Source: Nitrosopumilaceae archaeon
GTDB taxonomy: Archaea; Thermoproteota; Nitrososphaeria; Nitrososphaerales; Nitrosopumilaceae
Assembly: GCA_052389415.1 (NCBI GenBank)
Contig: JBQTHX010000030.1
Coordinates: 32,001 to 96,000, forward strand
Direction of reading: 5' to 3'
DNA: 64,000 bases
Shown: positions 17,186 to 27,747 of the stretch, piece by piece
How the letters are laid out: the number at the start of each line of letters is the position of its first letter
How positions within the stretch are numbered: the first letter of the stretch is position 1
Made by a program: the position numbers and the translations under genes
Notes under the pieces: generated by a model
What the model was told of the DNA's origin: nothing
The model's input: the letters and a program-made list of their open reading frames with translations, nothing else
Database searches by the model: none

Positions 17186-18481
17186 GTGATCCATGTTCCT
17201 CTATTGAGTAATTCGAATCGTCTTTTTTTAGAAGCAAAAAAACTCATTCCATCAGGAATAAACAGTCCAGTTAGATTTTATGATCCATATCCATTTTTTG
17301 TAAAAAATGCGAACGGAAATATGATCATGGATGTAGATGGTAATGGATATCTTGATTTCTGTAATGGTTACGGAGCATTACTATTAGGCCATAGAAGAAA
17401 AGAAATCCTATCAGCCGTATCATCACAATTAAAAAAAGGCACATTATTTTGTGCACCGACAGATCTTGAGGTAGAATTATCTAAATTGATAAAATCTAAC
17501 TTTCCTCTCATGGAAAAGACAAGACTAGTTAATACCGGAGGAGAAGCTACAATGACTGCCATAAGGATTGCACGTGGTTTTACGAAAAGGAAAAAAATAA
17601 TAAAATTTGAAGGATGTTATCACGGAGCACATGATTTTGTACTTGTAAAGGCTGGATCAGGTGCAGCTCATCACGGAATTTCTATTTCAGATGGTGGATT
17701 AGAGGAAATTTCTAAAAATACTCTTGTGGTACAATATAACAATCCACATGAACTAGATCTTGTCCTTAAAAAACAAAAAGATGTCGCATGTGTAATCATG
17801 GAACCAGTACTGGCAAACATGGGTCTTGTTTTGCCCGAAAAAAATTTCCTCCCAGAAGTTAGAAAAATAACAAAAGATCATGACGTGCCACTCATATTTG
17901 ATGAAGTAGTGACTGGATTTAGAATGTCTCCTGGCGGCGCACAAGAATACTTTTCATTAAAACCAGATATTGTGACTCTAGGAAAAGCGCTTGGTAATGG
18001 CTTTGTAATTGCTGCAGTGGGTGGAAAACAGGAGATCATGAACCAACTTGCCCCTCAAGGCAAAGTCTATCAAGCAAGTACATATGCAGGCAATCCAATT
18101 TCAGTAGCTGCTGCGATATCCTCTATCAAAACCATAAACAAATCCAAAAACAAACTCTATCCAAAACTTGACAGGTTTTGTGCTAGTTTGGCAGATGCAA
18201 TCCAGGATTTGGCAAATGATCTAAACATTCCTAATCAAGTCAATGCAGTTAGTTCAATGTTTCAAATCTTCTTCACAAAAACCCCCGTGACAGATTATAT
18301 CTCTGCAAAAAAAGCAGATGTACAAAAATTTAAAAAACTATTTCACTCCTTGCTAAAAAATGGTGTCTTTATAGCACCTTCTCAATTTGAAACTGTTTTC
18401 TTGTCAGACGCACACACACAAGATGACTTGAATAAGACAATAGACGCCTATGATAAATCACTCAAAATGGTGAAGAATTGA
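17186..18481 (+). CDS. hemL: Glutamate-1-semialdehyde 2,1-aminomutase
   Basis: 'GINSPVR', 'FEGCYHG', 'FDEVVTGFR', 'TLGKALG'. Confidence 0.96.
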   Translation: MIHVPLLSNSNRLFLEAKKLIPSGINSPVRFYDPYPFFVKNANGNMIMDVDGNGYLDFCNGYGALLLGHRRKEILSAVSSQLKKGTLFCAPTDLEVELSKLIKSNFPLMEKTRLVNTGGEATMTAIRIARGFTKRKKIIKFEGCYHGAHDFVLVKAGSGAAHHGISISDGGLEEISKNTLVVQYNNPHELDLVLKKQKDVACVIMEPVLANMGLVLPEKNFLPEVRKITKDHDVPLIFDEVVTGFRMSPGGAQEYFSLKPDIVTLGKALGNGFVIAAVGGKQEIMNQLAPQGKVYQASTYAGNPISVAAAISSIKTINKSKNKLYPKLDRFCASLADAIQDLANDLNIPNQVNAVSSMFQIFFTKTPVTDYISAKKADVQKFKKLFHSLLKNGVFIAPSQFETVFLSDAHTQDDLNKTIDAYDKSLKMVKN

Positions 18482-19413
18482 AGTATAAAATAGGAACAAG
18501 AGGCAGTCTGCTCTCCCTTGCGCAGACTAGGTGGGTTATTTCAGAACTAAGAAAAAAATCTCCTGAAATTACATTTCAAATTGTAACAATAAAAACTAAA
18601 GGGGATACAGATGCAAGACCACTCTTTACGATCAATCAAAAAGGAATCTTTGAAAAAGAAATAGATCGTGCTGTAATTGAAAAAAAAGTTGACTTTGCAG
18701 TTCACAGCCTCAAAGACGTACCAACTGACTTGCCGGAGGAACTTGTTTTGGCATGCGTTCCAAAAAGGGAGGTTGCAAATGACATCTTCGTTTCCAAGGA
18801 TGGCAACTCACTTGTAACGATAAAGAAGGGAGCAATAGTTGGAACAAGTAGTTTACGAAGAGCAGTACAGATATCTAGAATAAGACCAGATCTTATTGTA
18901 AAACCAATCAGAGGTAACATTGAAACAAGACTAAGAAAAATTGATCAAGGTGAGTTTGACGCTGTTGTACTTGCAGAGGCGGGAATTTTGAGACTTGGGC
19001 TAGATGTAAAATTTGAAAAACTATCAACAAAGGACTTTCCACCTTCTCCTGGTCAAGGTGCTTTGGCAATAGTTTCAAGAAAAGATAATTACCCCTTAAT
19101 TGAACAATTAAAAAAAATAGAAGATCCTGATTCAAGATATGCTATTGAAGCAGAGCGATCACTCTCCATTTTTGTGGACTCTGGCTGCAGATTTCCAGTT
19201 GGTGCATTTGCAGAAAAAAAAGAAGATCATCTAAGCCTCAGTGTAATTGTGTACTCGGTTGATGGCAGTAAATCAATTGCTGTGGAAACTGCAGGAAACT
19301 TTCTTCAGGCAGCAGAGTTAGGAAAACAGGCTGCTTCAAGGCTAGAGAAAGAGGGGATTGCCGAACTTGCAAAAAATTGGAGAGAAAAAGTGGAGGAATG
19401 GAACAAAAAATGA
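18478..19413 (+). CDS. hemC: Hydroxymethylbilane synthase (porphobilinogen deaminase)
   Basis: 'GTRGSLL', 'AVHSLKDVP', 'GTSSLRR', 'IRGNIETR'. Confidence 0.97.
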   Translation: MKYKIGTRGSLLSLAQTRWVISELRKKSPEITFQIVTIKTKGDTDARPLFTINQKGIFEKEIDRAVIEKKVDFAVHSLKDVPTDLPEELVLACVPKREVANDIFVSKDGNSLVTIKKGAIVGTSSLRRAVQISRIRPDLIVKPIRGNIETRLRKIDQGEFDAVVLAEAGILRLGLDVKFEKLSTKDFPPSPGQGALAIVSRKDNYPLIEQLKKIEDPDSRYAIEAERSLSIFVDSGCRFPVGAFAEKKEDHLSLSVIVYSVDGSKSIAVETAGNFLQAAELGKQAASRLEKEGIAELAKNWREKVEEWNKK

Positions 19414-20153
19414 GTGGACGAGTTTACATTGTTGGGGCAGGTCCTGGTGATCCTAAACTCATTACCATAAAGGCCATAGAGACAATCAAGAGGGCAGATG
19501 TTGTACTTTATGACAGATTAATTAGTAAAGGGATACTGGCAATGATTCCAAAGACTGCTGAAAAAATTTATGTAGGAAGAGAAGTAGGAGATGATTACAA
19601 ACATCAAGACACGACAAATGAACTGATGGCAAAACTCGCAAAAAAGAAAAAAAATGTTGTTAGACTCAAGGGTGGTGATCCGTTCATTTTTGGAAGAGGG
19701 GGAGAAGAAGCAGAGTTTCTCAGATCAAATAAAATAAAATATGAATTGGTTCCAGGTATCACATCCGGCATTGGTTCAGCTGAATATTCTGGAATACCGC
19801 TTACGCATAGAGATTATTCTTCGTCTGTTGTTTTTGTAACAGGTCATGAGGACGCAAAAAAAACAAAGACGTCTGTAAAGTGGAAGAAACTTGCAACCTC
19901 AGTAGATACAATAGTCATAATGATGGGTCTTTCTAGATTAGAAAAAATATGCCAAGATCTAATCTCTGGCGGTTTGGCCAAAAAAACTCCGGTAGCCGTA
20001 ATACAAAATGGTACTACTCCAAAACACAGAATGATAATGGGAAATCTCTCCGACATATCACAAAAGGTGCGTCAGGCAAAGATTAAACCTCCCTCCATAA
20101 TTGTAGTAGGTAAAGTAGTAAATTTATCAAAAATAATAGGTTCGAGAAAATGA
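19410..20153 (+). CDS. cobA: Uroporphyrinogen-III C-methyltransferase
   Basis: 'VGAGPGDP', 'RLKGGDPFIFGRGGEE'; start set at the ATGA overlap with hemC. Confidence 0.96.
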   Translation: MSGRVYIVGAGPGDPKLITIKAIETIKRADVVLYDRLISKGILAMIPKTAEKIYVGREVGDDYKHQDTTNELMAKLAKKKKNVVRLKGGDPFIFGRGGEEAEFLRSNKIKYELVPGITSGIGSAEYSGIPLTHRDYSSSVVFVTGHEDAKKTKTSVKWKKLATSVDTIVIMMGLSRLEKICQDLISGGLAKKTPVAVIQNGTTPKHRMIMGNLSDISQKVRQAKIKPPSIIVVGKVVNLSKIIGSRK

Positions 20154-20947
20154 TATCTGGAAAAACAGTTGCAATAACTCGTTCAAAGGAGGATTCTGAA
20201 GAGTTTATCGAATTAATAAGAACAGCAAATGCCAAACCAATTCCACTTCCCACGATAGAACTTGTGAGCAAAGGTGAAAAGATAGTAGACGAATTCCTAT
20301 ATACTATAAAAAATGATGATCCAGATTTTTCTGTATTTATGAGCTCAAAAGCAGTTAAACTTCTGTTCGATACAGCAAGAAAAATTTTAAAATTTGAAAA
20401 CCTTCAACTTGCAATTGCTAATACTACAGTTATCGCTGTAGGGCCTAAAACAAAAGCAGCTCTTGAAAGCGAAGGAATCAGAGTTGCATACACTCCACAA
20501 CATCGATTCTCCTCAGTAGGTGTCGGTGAAGTTTTTACAAAACTAAATGCTATTGGAAAAAAGGCAATAATTCCAAGAAGTGGCGCATCTACTCCTTTTC
20601 TTGCACAACTTTTAGAAAAAATTGGAGTACAAGTAAAGGAGCTTTATCTCTATGATGTTTGTCCATTTAAAGATCCTTCTCAATGGAATGAATTTCGTAC
20701 ACTTTTTTCAGATAACAAGATAGATGGCATAATATTTACAAGCGCATCGTCAGTGAATGCCTTCTTTGAGATAATGCTGGTAGATTATGATAAAAAAATG
20801 TTATTAGAAAATTTACTAAAAACAAAATTAGTTGCAATTGGTCCATTTACTGCTGATGAGTTAAAAAAATTCGATTTGGTTCCAATTGTTGCAGATGTTC
20901 ACACTGTTGCAGGAGCATTTGAAACAATAAAAAATTGTTTTAATTAG
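20150..20947 (+). CDS. hemD: Uroporphyrinogen-III synthase
   Basis: 'VAITRS', 'AVGPKT', 'FTSASSV', 'AIGPFT'; position in the hem operon. Confidence 0.93.
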   Translation: MISGKTVAITRSKEDSEEFIELIRTANAKPIPLPTIELVSKGEKIVDEFLYTIKNDDPDFSVFMSSKAVKLLFDTARKILKFENLQLAIANTTVIAVGPKTKAALESEGIRVAYTPQHRFSSVGVGEVFTKLNAIGKKAIIPRSGASTPFLAQLLEKIGVQVKELYLYDVCPFKDPSQWNEFRTLFSDNKIDGIIFTSASSVNAFFEIMLVDYDKKMLLENLLKTKLVAIGPFTADELKKFDLVPIVADVHTVAGAFETIKNCFN

Positions 20948-20978
20948 CTTGAGCTATTTAGCTTGACCTACTCCGCTG

Positions 20979-20998
20979 TACAACTCGTAGCAGTTGTA
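20979..20998. promoter_or_regulatory. Inverted repeat upstream of the suf operon promoter
   Basis: TACAACT-cgtagc-AGTTGTA, a few nt before the TATA-like 'tttataat'. Confidence 0.5.
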
Positions 20999-21024
20999 GA
21001 ATCTATTTATAATATAACGGGGTT

Positions 21025-22434
21025 ATGAACCGCATGACCACTGAAGATCTCAATATGGATTATAGTAAATACGATTTCAAGGATTCTACTGAGATGTATG
21101 TTTATCTTAGCAAAAAAGGTCTTTCGCGTGGAACAATTGAAGAAATTAGCAAACTAAAAGATGAACCACAATGGATGCTTGATTTTAGACTACGCGCATA
21201 TGATGTTTTTATGAAAAAACCAATGCCAAACTGGGGAGGAGATTTGGACAAAATTGACTTTAACAATATCTATTATTATGCAAAAGCTTCTGAAAAGACA
21301 GAAAAGAGTTGGGACAATGTTCCGGCTGATGTTAAAAATACATTTGATAAGTTAGGAATCCCAGAGGCAGAGAAAAAATTCCTTGCAGGCGTGGGTGCTC
21401 AATATGAATCAGAAGTTGTTTATCATAATTTAAGAGATGACTTGGCAAAACAAGGCGTTAAATTCTTAGATACTGACACTGCTCTAAAAGAAGAACCTGA
21501 AATCTTTAGAAAATATTTTGGTAAAATTATTCCGCCAGAAGATAACAAATTTGCAGCGCTAAATAGTGCAGTCTGGAGTGGAGGATCTTTTATTTATGTT
21601 CCACCAGGAGTTAAGGTGGATCTACCATTACAAGCATACTTTAGAATTAACGCACAAAATATTGGCCAATTTGAAAGAACTTTGATTATTGCTGATGAGG
21701 GAGCAGAAGTACATTATATAGAAGGATGCACTGCACCAGTTTACTCTTCTGAGTCACTTCATTCTGCTGTAGTAGAGCTTGTTGCACTAAAGAACGCAAA
21801 ACTACGATATACAACAATACAAAATTGGAGCAACGATGTTTATAATCTAGTTACAAAACGCGCCTATGCATATGAGGGTGCAAGAGTTGAATGGATTGAC
21901 GGGAACATTGGAAGCAAACTGACAATGAAATATCCAGGAATTTACATGCTTGGAGAAAGAGCCCACGGAGAAACACTGTCTATCGCATTTGCAGGAAAGA
22001 ACCAACATCAAGATACTGGTGCAAAAATGGTGCACTTGGCACCTAATACAACATCAAGGATTACATCAAAATCAGTTAGTAAAAACAATGGAAGAACGAC
22101 ATATCGCGGTCTATTACATGTCGCAAAGGGTGCAACAAATGTCAAGGCTTCTGTGAGATGTGATGCACTGCTCTTAGATGATATCTCAAAGACTGATACC
22201 TATCCATACATGGAGATAAACCAAGAAGATGCTACTGTTACTCATGAAGCAACTGTGGGGAAGATAGGGGACGAACAGATATTTTATCTCATGAGCAGAG
22301 GATTTTCAGAAGAAGACGCATTAACTCTAATCGTAAACGGCTTCATTGAACCATTTACCAAAGAACTTCCAATGGAATATGCAGTAGAACTCAATAGATT
22401 AGTAAAACTTGAAATGGATGGCTCAGTCGGTTAG
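21025..22434 (+). CDS. sufB: Fe-S cluster assembly protein SufB
   Basis: 'GQFERTLII', 'HYIEGCTAP', 'LHSAVVE', 'THEATVGK'. Confidence 0.97.
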   Translation: MNRMTTEDLNMDYSKYDFKDSTEMYVYLSKKGLSRGTIEEISKLKDEPQWMLDFRLRAYDVFMKKPMPNWGGDLDKIDFNNIYYYAKASEKTEKSWDNVPADVKNTFDKLGIPEAEKKFLAGVGAQYESEVVYHNLRDDLAKQGVKFLDTDTALKEEPEIFRKYFGKIIPPEDNKFAALNSAVWSGGSFIYVPPGVKVDLPLQAYFRINAQNIGQFERTLIIADEGAEVHYIEGCTAPVYSSESLHSAVVELVALKNAKLRYTTIQNWSNDVYNLVTKRAYAYEGARVEWIDGNIGSKLTMKYPGIYMLGERAHGETLSIAFAGKNQHQDTGAKMVHLAPNTTSRITSKSVSKNNGRTTYRGLLHVAKGATNVKASVRCDALLLDDISKTDTYPYMEINQEDATVTHEATVGKIGDEQIFYLMSRGFSEEDALTLIVNGFIEPFTKELPMEYAVELNRLVKLEMDGSVG

Positions 22435-22457
22435 ACTGAACTTCGCTTTGATATAAC

Positions 22458-23858
22458 ATGATATCGTTTGTACTATCAAAACTTGACTCAAGTCATATAG
22501 ATGAGATATCAGAGGCAAATAATGAACCGTCATGGCTTAAAGATTACAGGAAAAATTCCTTTGCAATTTATAACGAACTTCCTCCAGAAGTATCTCCACT
22601 TTACAACAAATACTCTGATGCAAACAAAATGGATAACGACCAAGTTTCCTTCTCATTAAGCTCAGATAGCACTATTCCAAGTTTTGTAAAAGATAGATTG
22701 GCTGAAATTTCAGATAATCCAAGTGTTATACAGATTGGTACCAACATTCACAAAATAAATCTTGATTCCGAACTGAAATCAAAAGGACTAGTAATATGTT
22801 CTATACACGATGCAATAAAAAATCACTCAGACAAAATCAAAAAATCTCTTGAATTGATAGATCCGAAAAAAGATAAGTTTATTGCTCTAAATAATACGTT
22901 TTTCAACTCCGGTTTTTTCATTTACATACCAAAGAACTTAATTTTAGAAAAACCAATCCATGTGATCTCATCACTTTCTATTGATGGCACTTCTACCATT
23001 TCACGTAATGTCGTTATAGGCGAGGAAAATAGCAAAGCGACAATAGTTCAAGAATTTTACGCACCTGTAAACACAAAACAGCAAGCTTATCTTGAACTTC
23101 TAGATGTTGATGTAAGACAAAATAGCGAACTTGAAATTGTCACTTTACAAGCGATGGCACAAAACGCAATCAACTTTTCAACACGTATAGGAAATATTTC
23201 ACGTGATGCGCAAATGAATTGGTATCTAGGGTTATTTGGAGCACTGCTTTCTAGATATAAAATAGATAATTACCTAAGGGAAGTTGGTGCTACTGCAAAT
23301 GATACAGAGGTTGTATTTGGAAACAAGAATCAGTCGTTTGATATTACATCTAATCTTATACATCTGGCACCATCTACCACAGGCCGGGTCCTGGAAAAAT
23401 CTGTTCTAAAGGACACTTCGAAATCTCTATTTAAAGGAATGATTAGGATTGAGGAAAAAGCTAACCACTCAGAATCATATTTAGCTGGACATTCTATCTT
23501 ACTAGATAAAGGGGCTAAATCTGATTCTATACCGGGTCTTGAAATATTTACAAATGATGTGAAAGCAACTCATTCTGCATCAGTAGCTCAACTAGACAAT
23601 GAACAAATCTTCTATCTGGGATCCAGGTGTCTTGATAAATCTGAAGCTCAGAAAATCATAGTAGAAGGATTCCTTGAACCACTTTCAAGAAAGATGTCGC
23701 ATCAGATACGAGCATGGATTAATTATCTGATAGATTCCAAATGGCTTGGTCGTGATCTTACCATAAAAACAGATGAACAGCTAAAGGCAATACTTGAGGT
23801 AGAAGAAACAAGATATCGTGAAACTGATATCTTTGAAAGCCACTACAAATACAGGTGA
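22458..23858 (+). CDS. sufD: Fe-S cluster assembly protein SufD
   Basis: 'FKGMIRI', 'SIPGLEIFTNDVKATHSASV', 'IFYLGSR'. Confidence 0.93.
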   Translation: MISFVLSKLDSSHIDEISEANNEPSWLKDYRKNSFAIYNELPPEVSPLYNKYSDANKMDNDQVSFSLSSDSTIPSFVKDRLAEISDNPSVIQIGTNIHKINLDSELKSKGLVICSIHDAIKNHSDKIKKSLELIDPKKDKFIALNNTFFNSGFFIYIPKNLILEKPIHVISSLSIDGTSTISRNVVIGEENSKATIVQEFYAPVNTKQQAYLELLDVDVRQNSELEIVTLQAMAQNAINFSTRIGNISRDAQMNWYLGLFGALLSRYKIDNYLREVGATANDTEVVFGNKNQSFDITSNLIHLAPSTTGRVLEKSVLKDTSKSLFKGMIRIEEKANHSESYLAGHSILLDKGAKSDSIPGLEIFTNDVKATHSASVAQLDNEQIFYLGSRCLDKSEAQKIIVEGFLEPLSRKMSHQIRAWINYLIDSKWLGRDLTIKTDEQLKAILEVEETRYRETDIFESHYKYR

Positions 23859-24175
23859 GAAAATTGTCAGATTGGATAAAGGCGTGTAGTATTCAAAAAC
23901 TTGGCAGAGGTGAATTATTTGGTTTTGATTATCAAGAAAAGAAACTTCTCTTAACAAATTTTAACGGTAGTATCTTTGCCACAGATAGAATTTGTACTCA
24001 TGCAGAAGCTGATCTTTCAAATGGAATCATAACCGAAAATGGTATAACCTGTCCTCTACATCTCTCTGTTTTTGATCTTAAAACTGGAATGCCGCAAAAC
24101 CCTCCTGCAGAAAAACCACTTAGAACCTACAATGTTAAAATAGAACAAAATGAAATCTATGTAGAGGTAGACTAG
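23855..24175 (+). CDS. Rieske [2Fe-2S] ferredoxin
   Basis: CTH and CPLH Rieske ligands. Confidence 0.93.
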   Translation: MRKLSDWIKACSIQKLGRGELFGFDYQEKKLLLTNFNGSIFATDRICTHAEADLSNGIITENGITCPLHLSVFDLKTGMPQNPPAEKPLRTYNVKIEQNEIYVEVD

Positions 24176-24178
24176 ATC

Positions 24179-25423
24179 TTGCAAACCAGCACAATAAATA
24201 TTGAAAATATTAGAAGAGACTTCCCGATTCTACAACGTAAAGTTCACAATAACAAACCGCTTGTATATTTTGATAATGCAGCTACAACACAAAAACCAAT
24301 TCAAGTGATTGATTCAATTCATAATTATTACCTTAATTATAATTCTAATATTCATAGAGCAGTGCATCAGCTAGCAGAAGAGGCAACTGCTGCATACGAA
24401 CTTACTAGAGATAAAGTTGCGAAATTCATTAACACTAAAAATCGTGAAGAACTTATCTTCGTAAGAGGAACCACTGAGGCAATAAACTTAGTCGCATATT
24501 CTTGGGGAAGAAAAAATGTAAAGAAAGACGACATTGTAGTAACCACTGAATATGAACATCATAGCAATATCGTTCCTTGGCAACTTTTGACAGAGGAAAA
24601 AGAAGCAAAACTAGAATATATCGGAGTAGATGATAATGGTGAATTAATCCTTGATCAACTTGATCGCTATCTTGATACAGGACGAGTAAAACTTGTTACT
24701 TTCAGCCAGATGTCAAATGTTCTGGGTACTATCACAAATACCGAAGAAATAATCAAAAAATGTCATCAAATAGGAGTCAAAGTTCTAGTTGATGCAGCAC
24801 AGTCAGTCCCACACATGAAAGTTGACCTACAAAAACTTGATTGTGATTTTTTGGCATTCTCAGCTCATAAAATGCTTGGACCAACTGGCGTTGGAGTTCT
24901 TTGGGTTAGAAAAGAGATCTTGGAAAATATGCAACCATTCAATGGTGGTGGAGATATGATTAGAGAAGTTCACAAGTATGAAACAACTTGGAATGATCTG
25001 CCTTACAAATTTGAGGCCGGAACTCCAAATATTGCAGATGTCATAGGATTTTCAGCAGCCATAGACTATCTAGAAAATTTAGGAATGGACAAAGTAAGAG
25101 AACATGAAATTGAATTGACAAAATACGCATTGGAACAAATGTCTGCAATAAAAGGTATGAAACTTTACGGTACCTCCGATATGAAAAAGAGAGGTGGTGT
25201 AATTTCATTTAATCTAGGAGACATACATCCACATGATCTTGCCACTATAATAGATGAAGACGGTGTAGCAATACGTTCTGGTCACCACTGCGCTCAAATC
25301 TTGATGGAAAGATTAGATGTTTCTGCAACATCTCGCGCAAGCTTTTATATTTATAATACAAAAGATGAAGTGGATGTTTTTATTAGATCACTCAATAGAG
25401 CAAGTGAGTTGTTTAGAATTTGA
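24179..25423 (+). CDS. sufS: Cysteine desulfurase SufS
   Basis: 'YFDNAATTQKP', 'FSAHKMLGPTG', 'RSGHHCAQ'. Confidence 0.97.
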   Translation: MQTSTINIENIRRDFPILQRKVHNNKPLVYFDNAATTQKPIQVIDSIHNYYLNYNSNIHRAVHQLAEEATAAYELTRDKVAKFINTKNREELIFVRGTTEAINLVAYSWGRKNVKKDDIVVTTEYEHHSNIVPWQLLTEEKEAKLEYIGVDDNGELILDQLDRYLDTGRVKLVTFSQMSNVLGTITNTEEIIKKCHQIGVKVLVDAAQSVPHMKVDLQKLDCDFLAFSAHKMLGPTGVGVLWVRKEILENMQPFNGGGDMIREVHKYETTWNDLPYKFEAGTPNIADVIGFSAAIDYLENLGMDKVREHEIELTKYALEQMSAIKGMKLYGTSDMKKRGGVISFNLGDIHPHDLATIIDEDGVAIRSGHHCAQILMERLDVSATSRASFYIYNTKDEVDVFIRSLNRASELFRI

Positions 25424-25860
25424 GTAGTGCAGACATTTATCGAGAAATAATATTAGATTATTATAGAAATCCTAGAAACTTTGGTAAAATAGATAATCCA
25501 GACATTTCAAAACGTGATAGTAATCCATTATGTGGTGATGAGCTAGAAATGCACATTAATTTAAAAGACAACAAGGTTTCTGATGTAAAATTTACAGGAA
25601 AAGGTTGTGCAATAAGTCAGGCAAGTGCATCTATGCTTACAGAATTGATCATGGGGAAGGATTTTGATTATGTTAAAAAATTAACAAAAGAAGATATTCT
25701 TGAAAACCTGGGATTGCCAGACCTTGGTCCGGCTAGGATAAAATGTGCACTTCTCTCGCTAAAGGTTCTAAAATATGGGATCTACTCGTATGTGTCAGAA
25801 AAGCTAAATGACAATACATCTGCAGATAAAATAAAAGAAGAAGCATCTGGTTTATTCTAA
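25420..25860 (+). CDS. sufU: SufU/IscU-type scaffold or sulfur-transfer protein
   Basis: 'NPLCGD', 'GCAISQAS', 'RIKCALL'. Confidence 0.93.
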   Translation: MSSADIYREIILDYYRNPRNFGKIDNPDISKRDSNPLCGDELEMHINLKDNKVSDVKFTGKGCAISQASASMLTELIMGKDFDYVKKLTKEDILENLGLPDLGPARIKCALLSLKVLKYGIYSYVSEKLNDNTSADKIKEEASGLF

Positions 25861-26196
25861 TTGTCCAACTGGCCTTCAACACAAATTCTATTACAATTAA
25901 GAAGGATAATCTTTGATAAATTCAATGATACTGATACACGATTCACAAATGACGAAGTCTTTGATATTTTAAAAACTCAAGACAATGCTAAAATTTTAAC
26001 AATAGATGACATGAAACCCTTTTTTGACAAACTTCATCATGACGGATTTCTCAGACCTATAGCGCAAAACTTTACCACACAGTGGTTTAAACTCTTTAGT
26101 GTAGTAGAGTCAAAACACTGCAATTCATGTAACCACGAAATTCACATTGGAAAACTAGAAGAGCAAATCTGTCCATCTTGTAAATCATCTATTTAG
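25861..26196 (+). CDS. Winged-helix-like protein with C-terminal zinc ribbon
   Basis: Helical N-terminus 'FTNDEVFDIL...'; 'HCNSC' and 'ICPSC'; abuts sufU. Confidence 0.75.
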   Translation: MSNWPSTQILLQLRRIIFDKFNDTDTRFTNDEVFDILKTQDNAKILTIDDMKPFFDKLHHDGFLRPIAQNFTTQWFKLFSVVESKHCNSCNHEIHIGKLEEQICPSCKSSI

Positions 26197-27397
26197 ATCT
26201 GTATCGCTGTGCAGCTTCTTCAAGGGATTGAATCATTGGAAGCTTTACTCCTGTCAAATATAACACCAGAGCTCCGCCTGCTGTGCTTATGTGATGTATC
26301 TTTTCTGCAAGACCGTACCTTTTTAGTGCTGCAGTGAGATGTCCTCCACTAACAATTGTGGTTGCAAAAGAATCTGCCACTCCGCGAAGCAGACTCTCTG
26401 TTCCAAACTTAAAATTGTCATTTTCAAAAAATCCAGCAGGGCCACTGATAAAGACTGTCCCCGCACCGCGTATTGATTTCATATAGTGTTCTACTGTTTT
26501 TGGGCCAAGGTCTAGAATCCTGTCTCCTTTGGCAATATCCCTGACATCCATCTCTACTCTTTTCCCATTGCGTTCTATTGCAATATCAACAGGTGTTGAA
26601 AAAACATCAGGATACTCACCAATAAGTAAATGGGCTTTTGTGACTACCTCTTCTTCTCTTTTGATGTCTAACGGGAATTTTATCCTGCCTTGTGCTCGCA
26701 TGAATACGTTTGCAATAACACCCGTAAGTAGGACTTGATTTGCTCTACCACTTTGAATTAATGTCTTTATGGCCTCTAATCTGTCCATTACTTTGGAGCC
26801 TCCTAGAACCACCACGTGAGGAGCTTTTGCCACAGTCATTATCTCATCAAGCTTACGTACTTCACGCTCTACCAATCTTCCAGCACATGACGGTAAAACG
26901 TGTGAAAATCCTACTATAGACGGATGGGCTCTATGTGAACTTGGAAATGAATCTAATACACAAAGATCAAAAAGCTTGGAAAGTCTGCTTACCATGATAG
27001 TCTTTGATGCTTCCGCAGGCGTAAACTCATAATTTTCTTCAGCGCACAATCTCAGATTATCAAGCAAAAGTATCTCGCCATCCCTCAAATTTTTTATTTT
27101 ATTTTGAGCCTCAGAACCAATTACATCTTCTACATACTTTATGGGACGATCAAGAATCTTTTCTAGCACTTTTGCATGTTTTTCCATTCCTGTGTAGTCT
27201 TTGTTTCCAACTCTTCCCTGATGTGAAGCAATGACCACCTTTGAGCCTTTAAGATCTTTTAGAGATTCAGTTGATTCACGTATTCTACTCGTTTCAATTA
27301 TTTCCATCGTCTTTGGATCTATGGGGCAATTCATGTCCACTCTGAGAAAAACAGTTTTTCCTTTAGTTTCAAAATCGTCAAGTGTGAGGAGTTTCAC
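26189..27397 (-). CDS. pgk: Phosphoglycerate kinase
   Basis: 'LRVDMNCP', 'SHQGR', 'LGGSK', 'DLGPKT', 'ISTAGGA'. Confidence 0.97.
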   Translation of the reverse strand: MKLLTLDDFETKGKTVFLRVDMNCPIDPKTMEIIETSRIRESTESLKDLKGSKVVIASHQGRVGNKDYTGMEKHAKVLEKILDRPIKYVEDVIGSEAQNKIKNLRDGEILLLDNLRLCAEENYEFTPAEASKTIMVSRLSKLFDLCVLDSFPSSHRAHPSIVGFSHVLPSCAGRLVEREVRKLDEIMTVAKAPHVVVLGGSKVMDRLEAIKTLIQSGRANQVLLTGVIANVFMRAQGRIKFPLDIKREEEVVTKAHLLIGEYPDVFSTPVDIAIERNGKRVEMDVRDIAKGDRILDLGPKTVEHYMKSIRGAGTVFISGPAGFFENDNFKFGTESLLRGVADSFATTIVSGGHLTAALKRYGLAEKIHHISTAGGALVLYLTGVKLPMIQSLEEAAQRYRSK

Positions 27398-27747
27398 GAC
27401 GATCCTATCTTTTGGTATAGTTAAAATCTTTTAGTCCTGCATACGGATCAAATCTTTGTCTATTCAGTATCAACTGTTCAGTTTACGATTCTTTCTTTTC
27501 ATAGGTATTTCGTATGATTTCCTAAAGACAAATTTCCATTTTTTGAACCGTCTTTTTTTCAAACCATAAGGTTGACTCAGAATCTGTTATCCTTAAAGAT
27601 GCAATAATCTAGCGATTGAATTTTCCATGATGACAGTTATTGATAATTAATTCATTTTGTATTAACTGTGATATAATGTCATTTAATATGGAGAAACCGT
27701 TTGATCAATTAAATACGGATATGGAAAAATGGCTATGGTGTAAGTAG

